A stretch of DNA of 64,000 nucleotides from Octopus vulgaris. Lineage: Eukaryota. A program made the position numbers and the translations under genes. Under the pieces are notes generated by a model. The model was not told the DNA's origin. It worked only from the letters and a program-made list of their open reading frames with translations, and made no database searches. The stretch spans positions 51,956,001 through 52,020,000 of the forward strand of contig OX597817.1 of assembly GCA_951406725.2 (NCBI GenBank). Direction: 5' to 3'. The stretch's first letter is position 1. Each line of letters begins with the position of its first letter. Of the stretch, positions 53,666 to 64,000 are shown piece by piece.

Positions 53666-54776
53666 TATAAAAATAGGATCACATGCGGTCGTATCGTATA
53701 GGGAATACAATCGCACGCGATCCCATTCTTAATGATTTATTACTGACCATATAATACATGCAGCGGCAATGGAACACAAGTGGAATGACAAGATTTCTTT
53801 TTGAGATATATACATTATTTATCTTACATATTTTACAATCATGTTGGTTGGAAGTTTGTAAGTGTTAGCATGTTTTTGTGTCTGTGTGTTCGTGAGGCAT
53901 AAAAGGTACTGACCAGAGAAATAACAATGGAATTTGGTTCACAGCTCATGTTGTTGGTATCAGCCTAGCAACAGGTAGTAGCAGATGGCTTAAGGTAGTT
54001 CTTAGAAGAACTAGAACTCAAGACAGATAATTGATTTACCGTTTATAAGGTACACGGAGTGTAAGAGTTCCATATCAAGATGTTGCGTCTCGTAGTTGAG
54101 GTTAATTGAGTCACTTGTGTTTATCTTTCTCTTGATATGAATATACTTCCAGATATATTAACTGTAGCTGTTTTTCCCGTGGTGAGATTTTCACCTAACC
54201 GCTAGAGTTGAATCTGTGGTTGTCTTGTGTACAAATTAAACTTTAGTAGATAGAGACGATGTTTAGCGATGAGTTGTGTCTGTCGCTTGGTTTTTGCTGC
54301 GTCTTCATCATATATTCTGCTTGGTTATTTTTCTCTTGATATAATGGTGGTCGCCTGCCTTTCGAACTGGAACATGGTCGAGTATGCTCTGTGTGGTCAG
54401 AGGTTCGCCCTGAGAAGGACTTGAACCAAAGATGAACTTTGTGTGGTCAGAGGTTCGCCCTGAGAAGGACTTGAACCAAAGACGAATATTTGTCTGAGAA
54501 CCCTTCTTTATATAAGGTTTATATGGCTCAAAACGAACTTCAGAAATGGAAAGCTGTGATTGGCTGCTTGGAAACATGGCGCGAAAATAAGCGGAGGCAA
54601 ATCGCGTCACGTGACAACAAGCGGTGAGAACGTAGTAGAGACCACGTGTCAGCCAATCGAATTAGAGTTTACAACAATGTTAAACTAGCCGAAGATGTTT
54701 GTAATCACGAACGAGATTATTCTTAATACTCTTCTCAAACAGTGAAGATAGCAATGAGTGTAACGATATTGCTACA
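53666..54776 (-). mobile_element. Solo LTR-like element A (1.1 kb)
   Basis: 4-bp TSD CAGG; minus-strand termini TGTAG...TATA; CCAAT and TATA boxes; internal ~45-bp direct repeat. Confidence 0.7.
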
Positions 54777-55049
54777 CAGGCATGGTTAAAGACTTCCTTT
54801 TGCTACCACCTGCTTTAACATTCAATCCCAAAGTTCGTACTATGAATAAGCGTCGTCTTCTATCGTCCCGATCGAACCAATGCTTTGGCAGTGAATCTGG
54901 TGGACGGAAACTGTGTGGAAGCCCATTGTGTATATACGAATGTATATCCGTCGAAGTATATGCTGTGACACCTAACGGTTCACAACGGCAGTTGATCTGT
55001 TTAAGTCCCCGTAACTTGACATTTCGGTAAATCGACCGATGAAATAATA

Positions 55050-55675
55050 TAATCAACTTGTAACGAACTTAACGTGAGTGTGAGGTGAATATCCTCGTGG
55101 ACTTTTGGGGTGCACAAAGCAATCACTCACTAGCCGTTGCTTTAATAATCCAGAATCTCTACTAGTCAGAAACAAACAGGACGCTGACGTGAAATATATA
55201 TATAATTACTTTATTCTCTTTCTTGGTAAACAATAACAATAAGTGTGTTATCTGATGTCCTTGATTCAGGCGCGCAAGGCTGAAAGTTAATAGATTGTAA
55301 TATTTACAATGTCCAGCCCAAAAACAGAAAGGATTCAAGATGGCGTCGAACAATGGAGACAATGTTGGTCTGCAACAATTTTGGTTAAAAGTCTTCGGCC
55401 AAAGGACTGCTAGAATCTAATCCTGACGGAGAGAATATATGCGTGACCGTCGCCGTCAATCGCTGGGTTCCCAAGTCACCGCTTGCTGGACGCTAGCGGT
55501 CAAACGTTCTACGACCCCCTTGCCTCGCTAACTGCTACGTAGGCAATAGGGTCGTGCTACCGGTGGTTCGCGCATGCGCGAGAGGGCCTTCCTTTCTGTG
55601 CCTTGGTGAAGGCACCAACACGCGCGAAATACAAATGGGCGGTGCGCGAGCGCGCGCCGTTGTCGGATCACTACA
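55050..55675 (-). mobile_element. Solo LTR-like element B (626 bp)
   Basis: 4-bp TSD AATA; minus-strand termini TGTAGTG...TTA; AATAAA; absent from paralogous spacers. Confidence 0.65.
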
Positions 55676-55829
55676 AATACCACACAAAAATATGAAGAGT
55701 GTGTTTGCTCGACTTGAACACATCAAGAAGGTGCTCCAGCAAGGCCGCAGTCCAACGATCGAAACAAGTAAAAGTAAGAATAAAGAATTATTTTAATTTT
55801 TCAAAATAACAACAAAAAAAAGACACGAA

Positions 55830-55917
55830 ACTCGTGAGAAAGATTTGAACCACCGACCTAAGGATGTCAAACGTTTAAATAGAAACTAGTCCTCCAATCT
55901 ACCAAGGTATCGTCCAG
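55830..55917 (-). pseudogene. tRNA-Tyr pseudogene
   Basis: Shares lesions with 53005-53098 plus extra deletions. Confidence 0.8.
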
Positions 55918-56529
55918 ACACGGAAACATCGCCTCTAAAATAATTTAGTCATAAGAAATTAAAGGTTTGTTGATCTATCTTTGTATAGGTGTTCATATGG
56001 GTGTCTATCTACTTATTCGTATCTATTTATAAATGAAGGTGTCTATCTGTAAGCTTCTTTCTCCCAGTCAGTCTATCTGTCGGTCTCAGTACACGAGTGT
56101 CTTGCCCAACTATTATCCAATCAAACAATAGCTTTAACTTCACATATCAGATCTTTTTAAAAGACTCGTTGTATTCTGTAGCATGAATTTAGCTGTTTAT
56201 TACTTTGTTACATCGACTCCGGGAAGAGAGAAAGAATAGGAAAGTTATCTCCATGTCATTTGAATTCTGAACATAAAATTTAACGAGATGCGTCTAAGTG
56301 AATAATGGCAAAGCATTTCGTCCGACGCTCCAGCGATACCGCCAGCCATCACCATCACCGCCACCTGCTGTTTTTTTAAACCCACCGACTGAAACTTGGA
56401 ATTTCAAGAAAACATTGATACATAGACAGATACACACATGCTCGGAATACATACAGAGGCAGAGACACAAATATTAATGTTGAATGAACTTGCGCAGGCG
56501 ACTTCAGTGTTAGAAGACTCTCTCTCTCA

Positions 56530-56603
<74 letters not shown>

Positions 56604-56975
56604 CTCCCTCTCTATCTCCCTCTCCTTCTCTATCTCTCTCATACGAACAAACGCGCGCACACAGTGTGGAGGCGGGAAAGAATTTAAATTACAAAAAGTT
56701 ATTTTTTCGTGTGAATGTTCCAAAAAGAAAAGAATTTTGCGGGGTTAAATGGGACCCTTAAACAAGAAACCCTGCCCCTTTGAGAAATCGATTATATTGA
56801 TTCCCTTAGTTTACTTACTTGAAAAAACTCCACAATGATTAAAATAGAAACCCACTTTTGTGGAATTTTAACTCACAGCATAAAGACAAATAACAAAATA
56901 CTACCCAACCATCTAGATTTTCAGCCATTCTCACAATGATGACGTCAATGTTAAGACGACTACGTAATAGCCGAG

Positions 56976-57049
56976 GGCCGGTTAGCTCAGTTGGTTAGAG
57001 CGTCGTGCTAATAACGCGAATGTCGTGGGTTCGAGCCCCATACTGGCCA
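56976..57049 (+). tRNA. tRNA-Ile(AAT)
   Basis: Consensus copy. Confidence 0.95.
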
Positions 57050-57448
57050 CTTACCTTTTTATATTTTTATTTTTTTGCACAGGTATGCTTGTATGATTAA
57101 GAACATCGCTTTGCAACCATCTGCTTTCAATTCAATCCCACAGTTCGTACCGTGAATAAGCGTCTTCTATATCTCCTTGCGAATCTATACTTTCTCAGTG
57201 AATCTGGTAGACGGAAACTGTATGGAATCCCGTTGTGTGTATACGTGTCGTAGTTTATGCCGTCCCACCGACACTTGGCAACTGGAGTTACTGTGTTTTC
57301 GTACACATCACTTGGATTTTCGGCAAGTGACCGAGTTTGCTCAACTTATGCACCCCACAAAATGGTTCCAGCATGACCGCAGTCTTACAATCGGCACAAG
57401 TGGAAGATAAAGCAAAAAAATATTTTAATTAAAAAAAAAAAACATGAA

Positions 57449-57542
57449 TCTCGCGAGACGGATTCGAACCATCGACCTAAGAATGTCAGACCTTCAAATA
57501 ACAAACTACAGTCCTCCGCTCTACCAACTGAGCTATCGCGAG
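57449..57542 (-). tRNA. tRNA-Tyr(GTA), 21-nt intron
   Basis: C40T (G30.U40) in anticodon stem. Confidence 0.87.
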
Positions 57543-57848
57543 ACACGGACATGCTGTTTCTAAAATAGTATAGTCCCAAGAAATTTGAGGTTAAACCTAC
57601 GTCAGCTTTTTGGTATTATGTGCGAGAAGGAAACAGTGAGGAGGAGGACGAGGCTGCAAGTGGAATAAGGGAAGATTTAGAGGGTAGGAGGGAGCATGTT
57701 AATTTGTAAGATATGTAAGGAAACGGAGACGAGGTATAGCAGTGTTTAGGAAAAACCCAGAAACCTTTCTATCTATCTATCTATCTATCTATATATCTAT
57801 CTATCTATCTATCTATCTATCTAGCTATCTATCTATCTGTTTGTCATT

Positions 57849-57906
<58 letters not shown>

Positions 57907-58116
57907 CTCTATAGCTATTTGTATGCAGGTGTTCATTTATCGGTTTGTTTACGCTTACAGGCAACTCTGTCTCTCCTCAAAGTTGAAGTCGACTTTCGTG
58001 GACTTTGAAATCTCAGCGTGAAGAGATATAACAAAATACTACCCAACGACCTAGATCTTTTCTGCCATTCACCACAATAAGGACATCAAATGTTGAAAAT
58101 GCTGAAATCTAACGAA

Positions 58117-58190
58117 GGCCGGTTAGCTCAGTTGGTTAGAGCGTCGTGCTAATAACGCGAATGTCGTGGGTTCGAGCCCCATACTGGCCA
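58117..58190 (+). tRNA. tRNA-Ile(AAT)
   Basis: Consensus copy. Confidence 0.95.
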
Positions 58191-58867
58191 TGTAGCTTTT
58201 TGTCGTTTCATTCTTTTGCGCAGGCATGGTTGTATAGTTAAGAACTTCCGTTTGCAACCACCTGCTTTCACATTCAATCACAAAATTTGTACCATGAATA
58301 AACGACGTCTTCTATCGTCCCGATCGAACCAATGCCTTGCCAATGAATCTGCTAAATGGAAACTATTTGGAAGCCCCTTGTGTATATATGGGTGTATGTC
58401 TATCGATGTGTGTGCCGTCCCACCAACGCTTCGTAACGGGAGTTAGTCACTTTACGTCCCTGGCATTTCGGCAAAAAGACCGATAAAATACTACCACACA
58501 AAAAATATTGATTTGGTTTGCTCGACTTGACCACTTCAAGAAGGTGCTCCAGCAATGCCACAGACCAACGATCGAAACAAGTAAAAGATTAAATTTTAAA
58601 CAATGTCAAAATCAGCCACCACTATCGCCTCGACATTTCTGCTCAATGCTCAAGGCATCAGCCCTTCCACCAATATATTTTTCTGTAGTACTATTCTTTG
58701 AGTCTTTTTGCCGAAACGCCAAGTTATGGGGACGTAAACAGACCAACACCCATTGTGAAGCGTTAGATCGACCCCAGTACGCAATTGGTACTTAATTTAT
58801 CGACCCTGAAAGAATGAAAGGAAAAGTCGAAAATAAAAGAGTGCAAGCTTAAGAAAAAAAGAGGATA

Positions 58868-58941
58868 TGGCCAGTATGGGGCTCGAACCCACGACATTCG
58901 CGTTATTAGCACGACGCTCTAACCAACTGAGCTAACCGGCC
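58868..58941 (-). tRNA. tRNA-Ile(AAT), inverted
   Basis: Consensus copy on minus strand. Confidence 0.95.
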
Positions 58942-59248
58942 TTCGTTAGGTTAGCTTTCATTTTGACATTGACGTTGAGAAGTATTTTATTCCTCTTTGC
59001 GCTGTGAGTTGAAATTCTACGAAAATTGCTATCAACTTTAATCATGGTGGAGTTGTTAAAGTAAATCGGTTAAATGTAATCGATTTCTTGAAAGGGCAGA
59101 AATCTTGTTTAAACGTCCCATGTAACCCTCAGAACTCTTTTATTTCTGGGAACATTCACAAGCCAAAAAATATAATAATAATAAACTTGTTATAATTTAA
59201 ATATTTTCCCGCCTCCACAATATGTGTGCGTGAAGGAGAGAGAGAGTC

Positions 59249-59280
<32 letters not shown>

Positions 59281-60417
59281 AGAGAGAGAGAAAAGTAAAT
59301 AAAACACAAAAACACAAAGTAAGGATCGACTAGTCATGACTAGCTAGCGCGGATGCGCGACTACGCGAGTGCGCGCACCGGGAACTCTATTCTCAAGTAG
59401 TACCGTAATAAAAAACAGCTGAATACATGCTACACTGAACGACTCGTAAAAAGATCCGAAATGTGTATTTGATGCTACGGTTGATTGGCAAGACACCTCT
59501 GTGCTGAGACAGACAGACAGACAGATAGACAGACAGGCACCTTGCCATATACATGGAGAAATAAGTTGACAGATAGACACCTACATATATAGAGAGAGAG
59601 ACAGATCGCTAGGTAGACACCCTTATAGACACCAGTACAAAGAGAGGTCAGAAAACGGATACCTGTGTATAGACAGATAGCGAGATACCTGTGTAGATAA
59701 AGTGCCGGATAGACACCTGTACATTCAGAGACCAGTAGACAGGTAGATATATGTATGCAGAGAGAGGGAGAGAGAGAGGAGAGCGGGGATATATATATAT
59801 ATAGAGAGAGAGGGAATGAGGAGGGAGATAAACAGACAGAGATAGACTGATAGACAGACAAATAGATAGATAGATAGATAGAGAGACAAAGGTTTCCGGG
59901 ATTTTCCTAAACACTGCTATATTCCGTCCCCGTTTCCTTCCATATCTTACATACTAACGTATTCCCCCTCCCCTCTAAATCATCCCTTATTCCACTTGCC
60001 TCCTCCTCTTACTTCCCCTCTTGCTCCTCCTCCTCCCCCTCCTCCTGCTCCTGCCCCTCTTCTTCCTGTCCGTCCTACTACTGCCCCTCCTCCTCCTGGG
60101 GAGGGTTAAAATTTTTTTTTTTTTTTTGCATATTCGTAATCCCCAACATCTAAAACGCAGGAATCTGAAGAAAAAAAGCTTTTCCAGAAAATGCATTTTT
60201 CAAGGAGAGGTGCGAAACCGCATTACACCCCACCCCCTTGATTCTCTTAGCTGACTTACTTTAACAACTCCACAATGATTAAAGTTGAAGCCGACTTTCG
60301 TAGAATTTCAACTCCCAGCGTAAAGAAGAATAACAAAATACTACTCAACGGTTTCTCTTTTCCTGCCATTCACCGCAATAAGGACGTCAATGTCAAAACG
60401 GTTAATTATACAACGAA

Positions 60418-60491
60418 GGCTGGTTAGCTCAGTTGGTTAGAGCGTCGTGCTAATAACGCGAATGTCGTGGGTTCGAGCCCCATACTGGCCA
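60418..60491 (+). tRNA. tRNA-Ile(AAT), C4T variant
   Basis: U4.G69 wobble. Confidence 0.9.
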
Positions 60492-60519
60492 TATATCTTT
60501 TTATGTTTGCAATTTTTTA

Positions 60520-61507
60520 TTGCCTCCGCTTATTTTCACGCCATTGTTCCAAGCAGCCAATCACAGCTTTCCATTTCTGAAGTTCGTTTTGAGCCACATA
60601 AACCTTATATAAGAAGTGTTCTCAGACAAATATCCGTCTTTGGTTCTAGTCCTTCTCAGGACTAACCTCTGACCACACAGAGCATACTCGACTATGTTCC
60701 GGTTCGAAAGGCAAGGCGATCACCAAGCATAACTATCCACGAAGATTTAGCTTGTATACAAGATGTTACAGATTCCTCTCATACTGTTAGTGTGAAAATA
60801 TCACCACGAAAAGAACGGTTACAGGATATCTATAACTAGAGAAAAATAACCAAGCAGAATATATAATGAAGACGCAGCAAAAACCAAGCGACAGACACAA
60901 CTCATCGCTAAACATCGTCTCTATCTACTTAGGTTTAATTTGTACACAAGACAACTACAGATGCAACTATAGCGGTTAGGTGAAAATATCACCACGGGAA
61001 AAACGGCTACAGTTAATATATCTGGAAGTATATTCATATCAGGAGAAAGATAAAACACAAGTGATTCAATTAATCTCAACTACGAGACGCAACATCTTGA
61101 TATGGAACTCTTACACTCCGTGTACCTCATAAACGGTAATCAATTATCTGTCTTGAGTTCTAGTTCTAAGAACTACCTTAAGCCATCTGCTACTAACCGT
61201 TGCTAGGCTGATACCAACAACATGAACTGGGAACCAAATTCCATTGTTATTCCTCTGGTCAGTACCTTTTATGCCTCACGAACACACAGACACAAAAACA
61301 TGCTAACACTTACAAACTTCCAACCAACATAATTGTAAAATATGTAAAATAAAAAATGTATATATCTCAAAAAGAAATCTTGTTGTCATTCCACTTGTGT
61401 TCTATTGCCGCTGTATGTATTATATGGTCTGTAATACTTCATTAAGTATATGACCACGTGCACCGTGTCTCCTATAAGATACGACCGCATGTGATCCTAT
61501 TTTTATA
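60520..61507 (+). mobile_element. Solo LTR-like element A, second copy (5'-truncated, opposite orientation)
   Basis: Reverse complement of 53666-54600; CCAAT ~60557, TATA ~60605, AATAAA ~61348. Confidence 0.75.
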
Positions 61508-61572
61508 CTATCTTTTGCTGACATTCACCACAATAAGGACGTCAATGTCAAAACGATTAATAATACAACGAA

Positions 61573-61646
61573 GGCCGGTTAGCTCAGTTGGTTAGAGCGT
61601 CGTGCTAATAACGCGAATGTCGTGGGTTCGAGCCCCATAATGGCCA
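61573..61646 (+). tRNA. tRNA-Ile(AAT), C67A variant
   Basis: G6.A67 mismatch in acceptor stem. Confidence 0.8.
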
Positions 61647-62669
61647 TATATCTTTTTATGTTTGCAATCTTTTATGTTCTCAAGTAGTACCGTAATAAAA
61701 AAAAAACAGCTGAATACATGCTACACTGAACGACACGTAAAAATATCCGAAATGTGTATTTCATGCTACGGTTGATTGGCAAGACACCTCTGTGCTGAGA
61801 CAGACAGACAGGCACCTTGCCATATACATGGAGAAATAAGTTGACAGATAGACACCTACATATATATAAAGAGAGACAGATAGCTAGGTAGACACCCTTA
61901 TAGACACCTGTACAAAGAGATGTAAAAAAACGGATACCTGTGTATAGACAGCGAGATACCTGTGTAGATAGAGTGCCGGAAAGACACCTGTACATTCAGA
62001 GACCAGTAGACAGGTAGATATCTGTATGCAGAGAGAGGGAGAGAGAGGAGAGCGGGGAGATATATATATATAGAGAGAGAATGAGGAGGGAGATAAACAG
62101 ACAGAGATAGACTGATAGACAGACAAATAGATAGATAGATAGAGAGACAAAGGTTTCCGGGATTTTGCTAAACACTGCTATATTCCGTCCCCGTTTCCTT
62201 CCATATCTTACATACTAACATATTCCCCCTCCCCTCTAAATCATCCCTTATTCCACTTGCCTCCTCCTCTTACTTCCCCTCTTGCTCCTCCTCCTCTTCC
62301 TCCTCCTTCCCACTCCCCCTCCTCCTGCTCCTGCCCCTCTTCTTCCTGCCCCTCCTCCTCATGGGGAGGCTTAAAATTTTTTTTTTTTTACATATTCGTA
62401 ATTCCCAACATCTAAACCGCAGGAATCTGAAGAAAAAAAGCTTTTCCAAAAAATGCATTTTTCAAAGAGAGGTGCGAAACTGCATTACACCCCACCCCCT
62501 TGATTCTCTTAGCTGACTTACTTTAAATGATTAAAGTTGAAGCCGACTTTCGTAGAATTTCAACTCACAGCGTAAAGAGGAATAACAAAATACTTCTCAG
62601 CGGTTTTTCTTTTCCTACCATTCACCGCAATAAGGACGTCAATGTCAAAACGATTAATAATACAGCGAA

Positions 62670-62743
62670 GGCCGGTTAGCTCAGTTGGTTAGAGCGTCGT
62701 GCTAATAACGCGAATGTCGTGGGTTCGAGCCCCATACTGGCCA
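62670..62743 (+). tRNA. tRNA-Ile(AAT)
   Basis: Consensus copy. Confidence 0.95.
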
Positions 62744-62902
62744 TATATCTTTTTCAGTTTGCAATCTTTTATGTTTGCGCTGGCATGCTTCCCACAGATT
62801 TCATGTTCAATTCCAAAGTTTGTACCATGAATAATCATCGTCTTCTAGAGCCCCAATCGAACGAATTCCTCGTCAGTGAATCTAGTAGACGGAATCTGTT
62901 TT

Positions 62903-63093
62903 AAGGCGGCGAGCTGGCAGAATCGTTAACGCACCGGGCGAAATGCTTAGGGGTATTCCGTCTGTCTTTACGTTCTGAGTTCAAATTCCGCCGAGGTCGA
63001 CTTTGACTTTCATTTTCTCAGAGTCGATACATTAAGTACTAATCGACTGACACCCTCCCTCAAAATTTTGGGCTTTGTGCCTAGAGTAGAGAA
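62903..63093 (+). mobile_element. SINE family 2 with 1 internal unit
   Basis: Head AAGGCGGCGAGCTGGCAGAA to tail GTGCCTAGAGTAGA. Confidence 0.8.
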
Positions 63094-63324
63094 GACAGAA
63101 GCTGTGTGAAAGCTTGTTGTGTATGCCGTCCCACCAACGCTTCACAATGTGTGTTGGTCTGTTTCTGCAAAAGGACCGACAAAATATAGTACTACATAAT
63201 AATATACTGAGTTGGATTTCTCGACTTAATCACCTGAAGAAGTTTTTGCAGCGTGGCCGCAGTCCAATGAACGAAACTAACAAAGGATAAAACATATATT
63301 TTAATTTTAAAAATTAAACACAAG

Positions 63325-63418
63325 TCTCGCGAGACGGATTCGAACCATCGACCTAAGGATGTCAGACGTTTAAATATCAAACTACAGTCCTCCGCTCTAC
63401 CAACTGAGCAATCGCGAG
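63325..63418 (-). tRNA. tRNA-Tyr(GTA), 21-nt intron, A9T variant
   Basis: Cloverleaf intact; change in A box. Confidence 0.87.
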
Positions 63419-64000
63419 ACACTGAGACGGAGGTTCTCAAATAGTTTAGTCATAAGAAATTTGAAGTTAAAACTACGCCAGTTGTTTAGTATTGCGTGAT
63501 AGAAGGAAATAGGGGGATCTTTTCAATTCTGAAGCCAGTTTTTTCAAATTTTTCCTACTGAACCAAACAATTTGAAACTTCGTATACTGGTAGAATGTGT
63601 CAAAAGTAAACTTAATTGTAAACCAGAATGAAAACGGAATTGTAACTTCTAAGTTTAACGTTGTTTAATAATTAGAATTTTAACCAATGATATTCCGTCA
63701 TTCGGCTTTATTTTATTTACTCCGTCTCGACCACCAATTTGGTGACGTATTAAACATCTTAAATGTAAATAAGCCGCATGTCTCCGTGAAAATCTCCTTC
63801 TAATTATTTAACGTACTCATGTTTTCAGGATCCTATAGTCAGCCACCTTCTAATAACAATATTTAAAACTAGTTAATAAGCCACATGTATTAAATTGAAA
63901 ATGTTTCCATTCTGTTAGTACTTGCTTTCGTTTGCTATTAAGAAGTGGCATCTCAGTGACGAGGCTTCTAACAAGATTTCGTTTCTAAGCTAATGCGTTT

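Larger units (their letters stand above)
59390..62770. repeat. Direct duplication ~1.1 kb (59390-60520 and 61677-62770)
   Basis: Collinear near-identical blocks, each ending with a tRNA-Ile. Confidence 0.85.

Overview
Eukaryotic, repeat-saturated, AT-rich genomic DNA. The SINE repertoire and microsatellite density resemble an octopus (coleoid cephalopod) genome; this is from recall, not a search. I found no intact host protein-coding gene, and nearly all listed ORFs are microsatellite or SINE artefacts. 1-29 kb is a patchwork of at least four tRNA-derived SINE families, solo LTRs, MITEs, non-autonomous Helitrons, Penelope/RTE remnants, a dead DD37D-type Tc1/mariner and a recently disabled CR1-like LINE. 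29.9-63.4 kb is a dense array of only two tRNA isotypes: 15 tRNA-Ile(AAT) and 17 intron-containing tRNA-Tyr(GTA) (2 clearly pseudogenes). An isolated, probably RNA-derived Ile copy lies at 19.6 kb. The array is built from an amplified convergent cassette (old SINE<- Ile-> old SINE-> <-Tyr), reshaped by a SINE-bounded ~5 kb tandem duplication, an inversion and TE insertions. Each isotype has its own upstream motif at near-fixed spacing, and the Tyr introns are highly diverged except at a few constrained positions.
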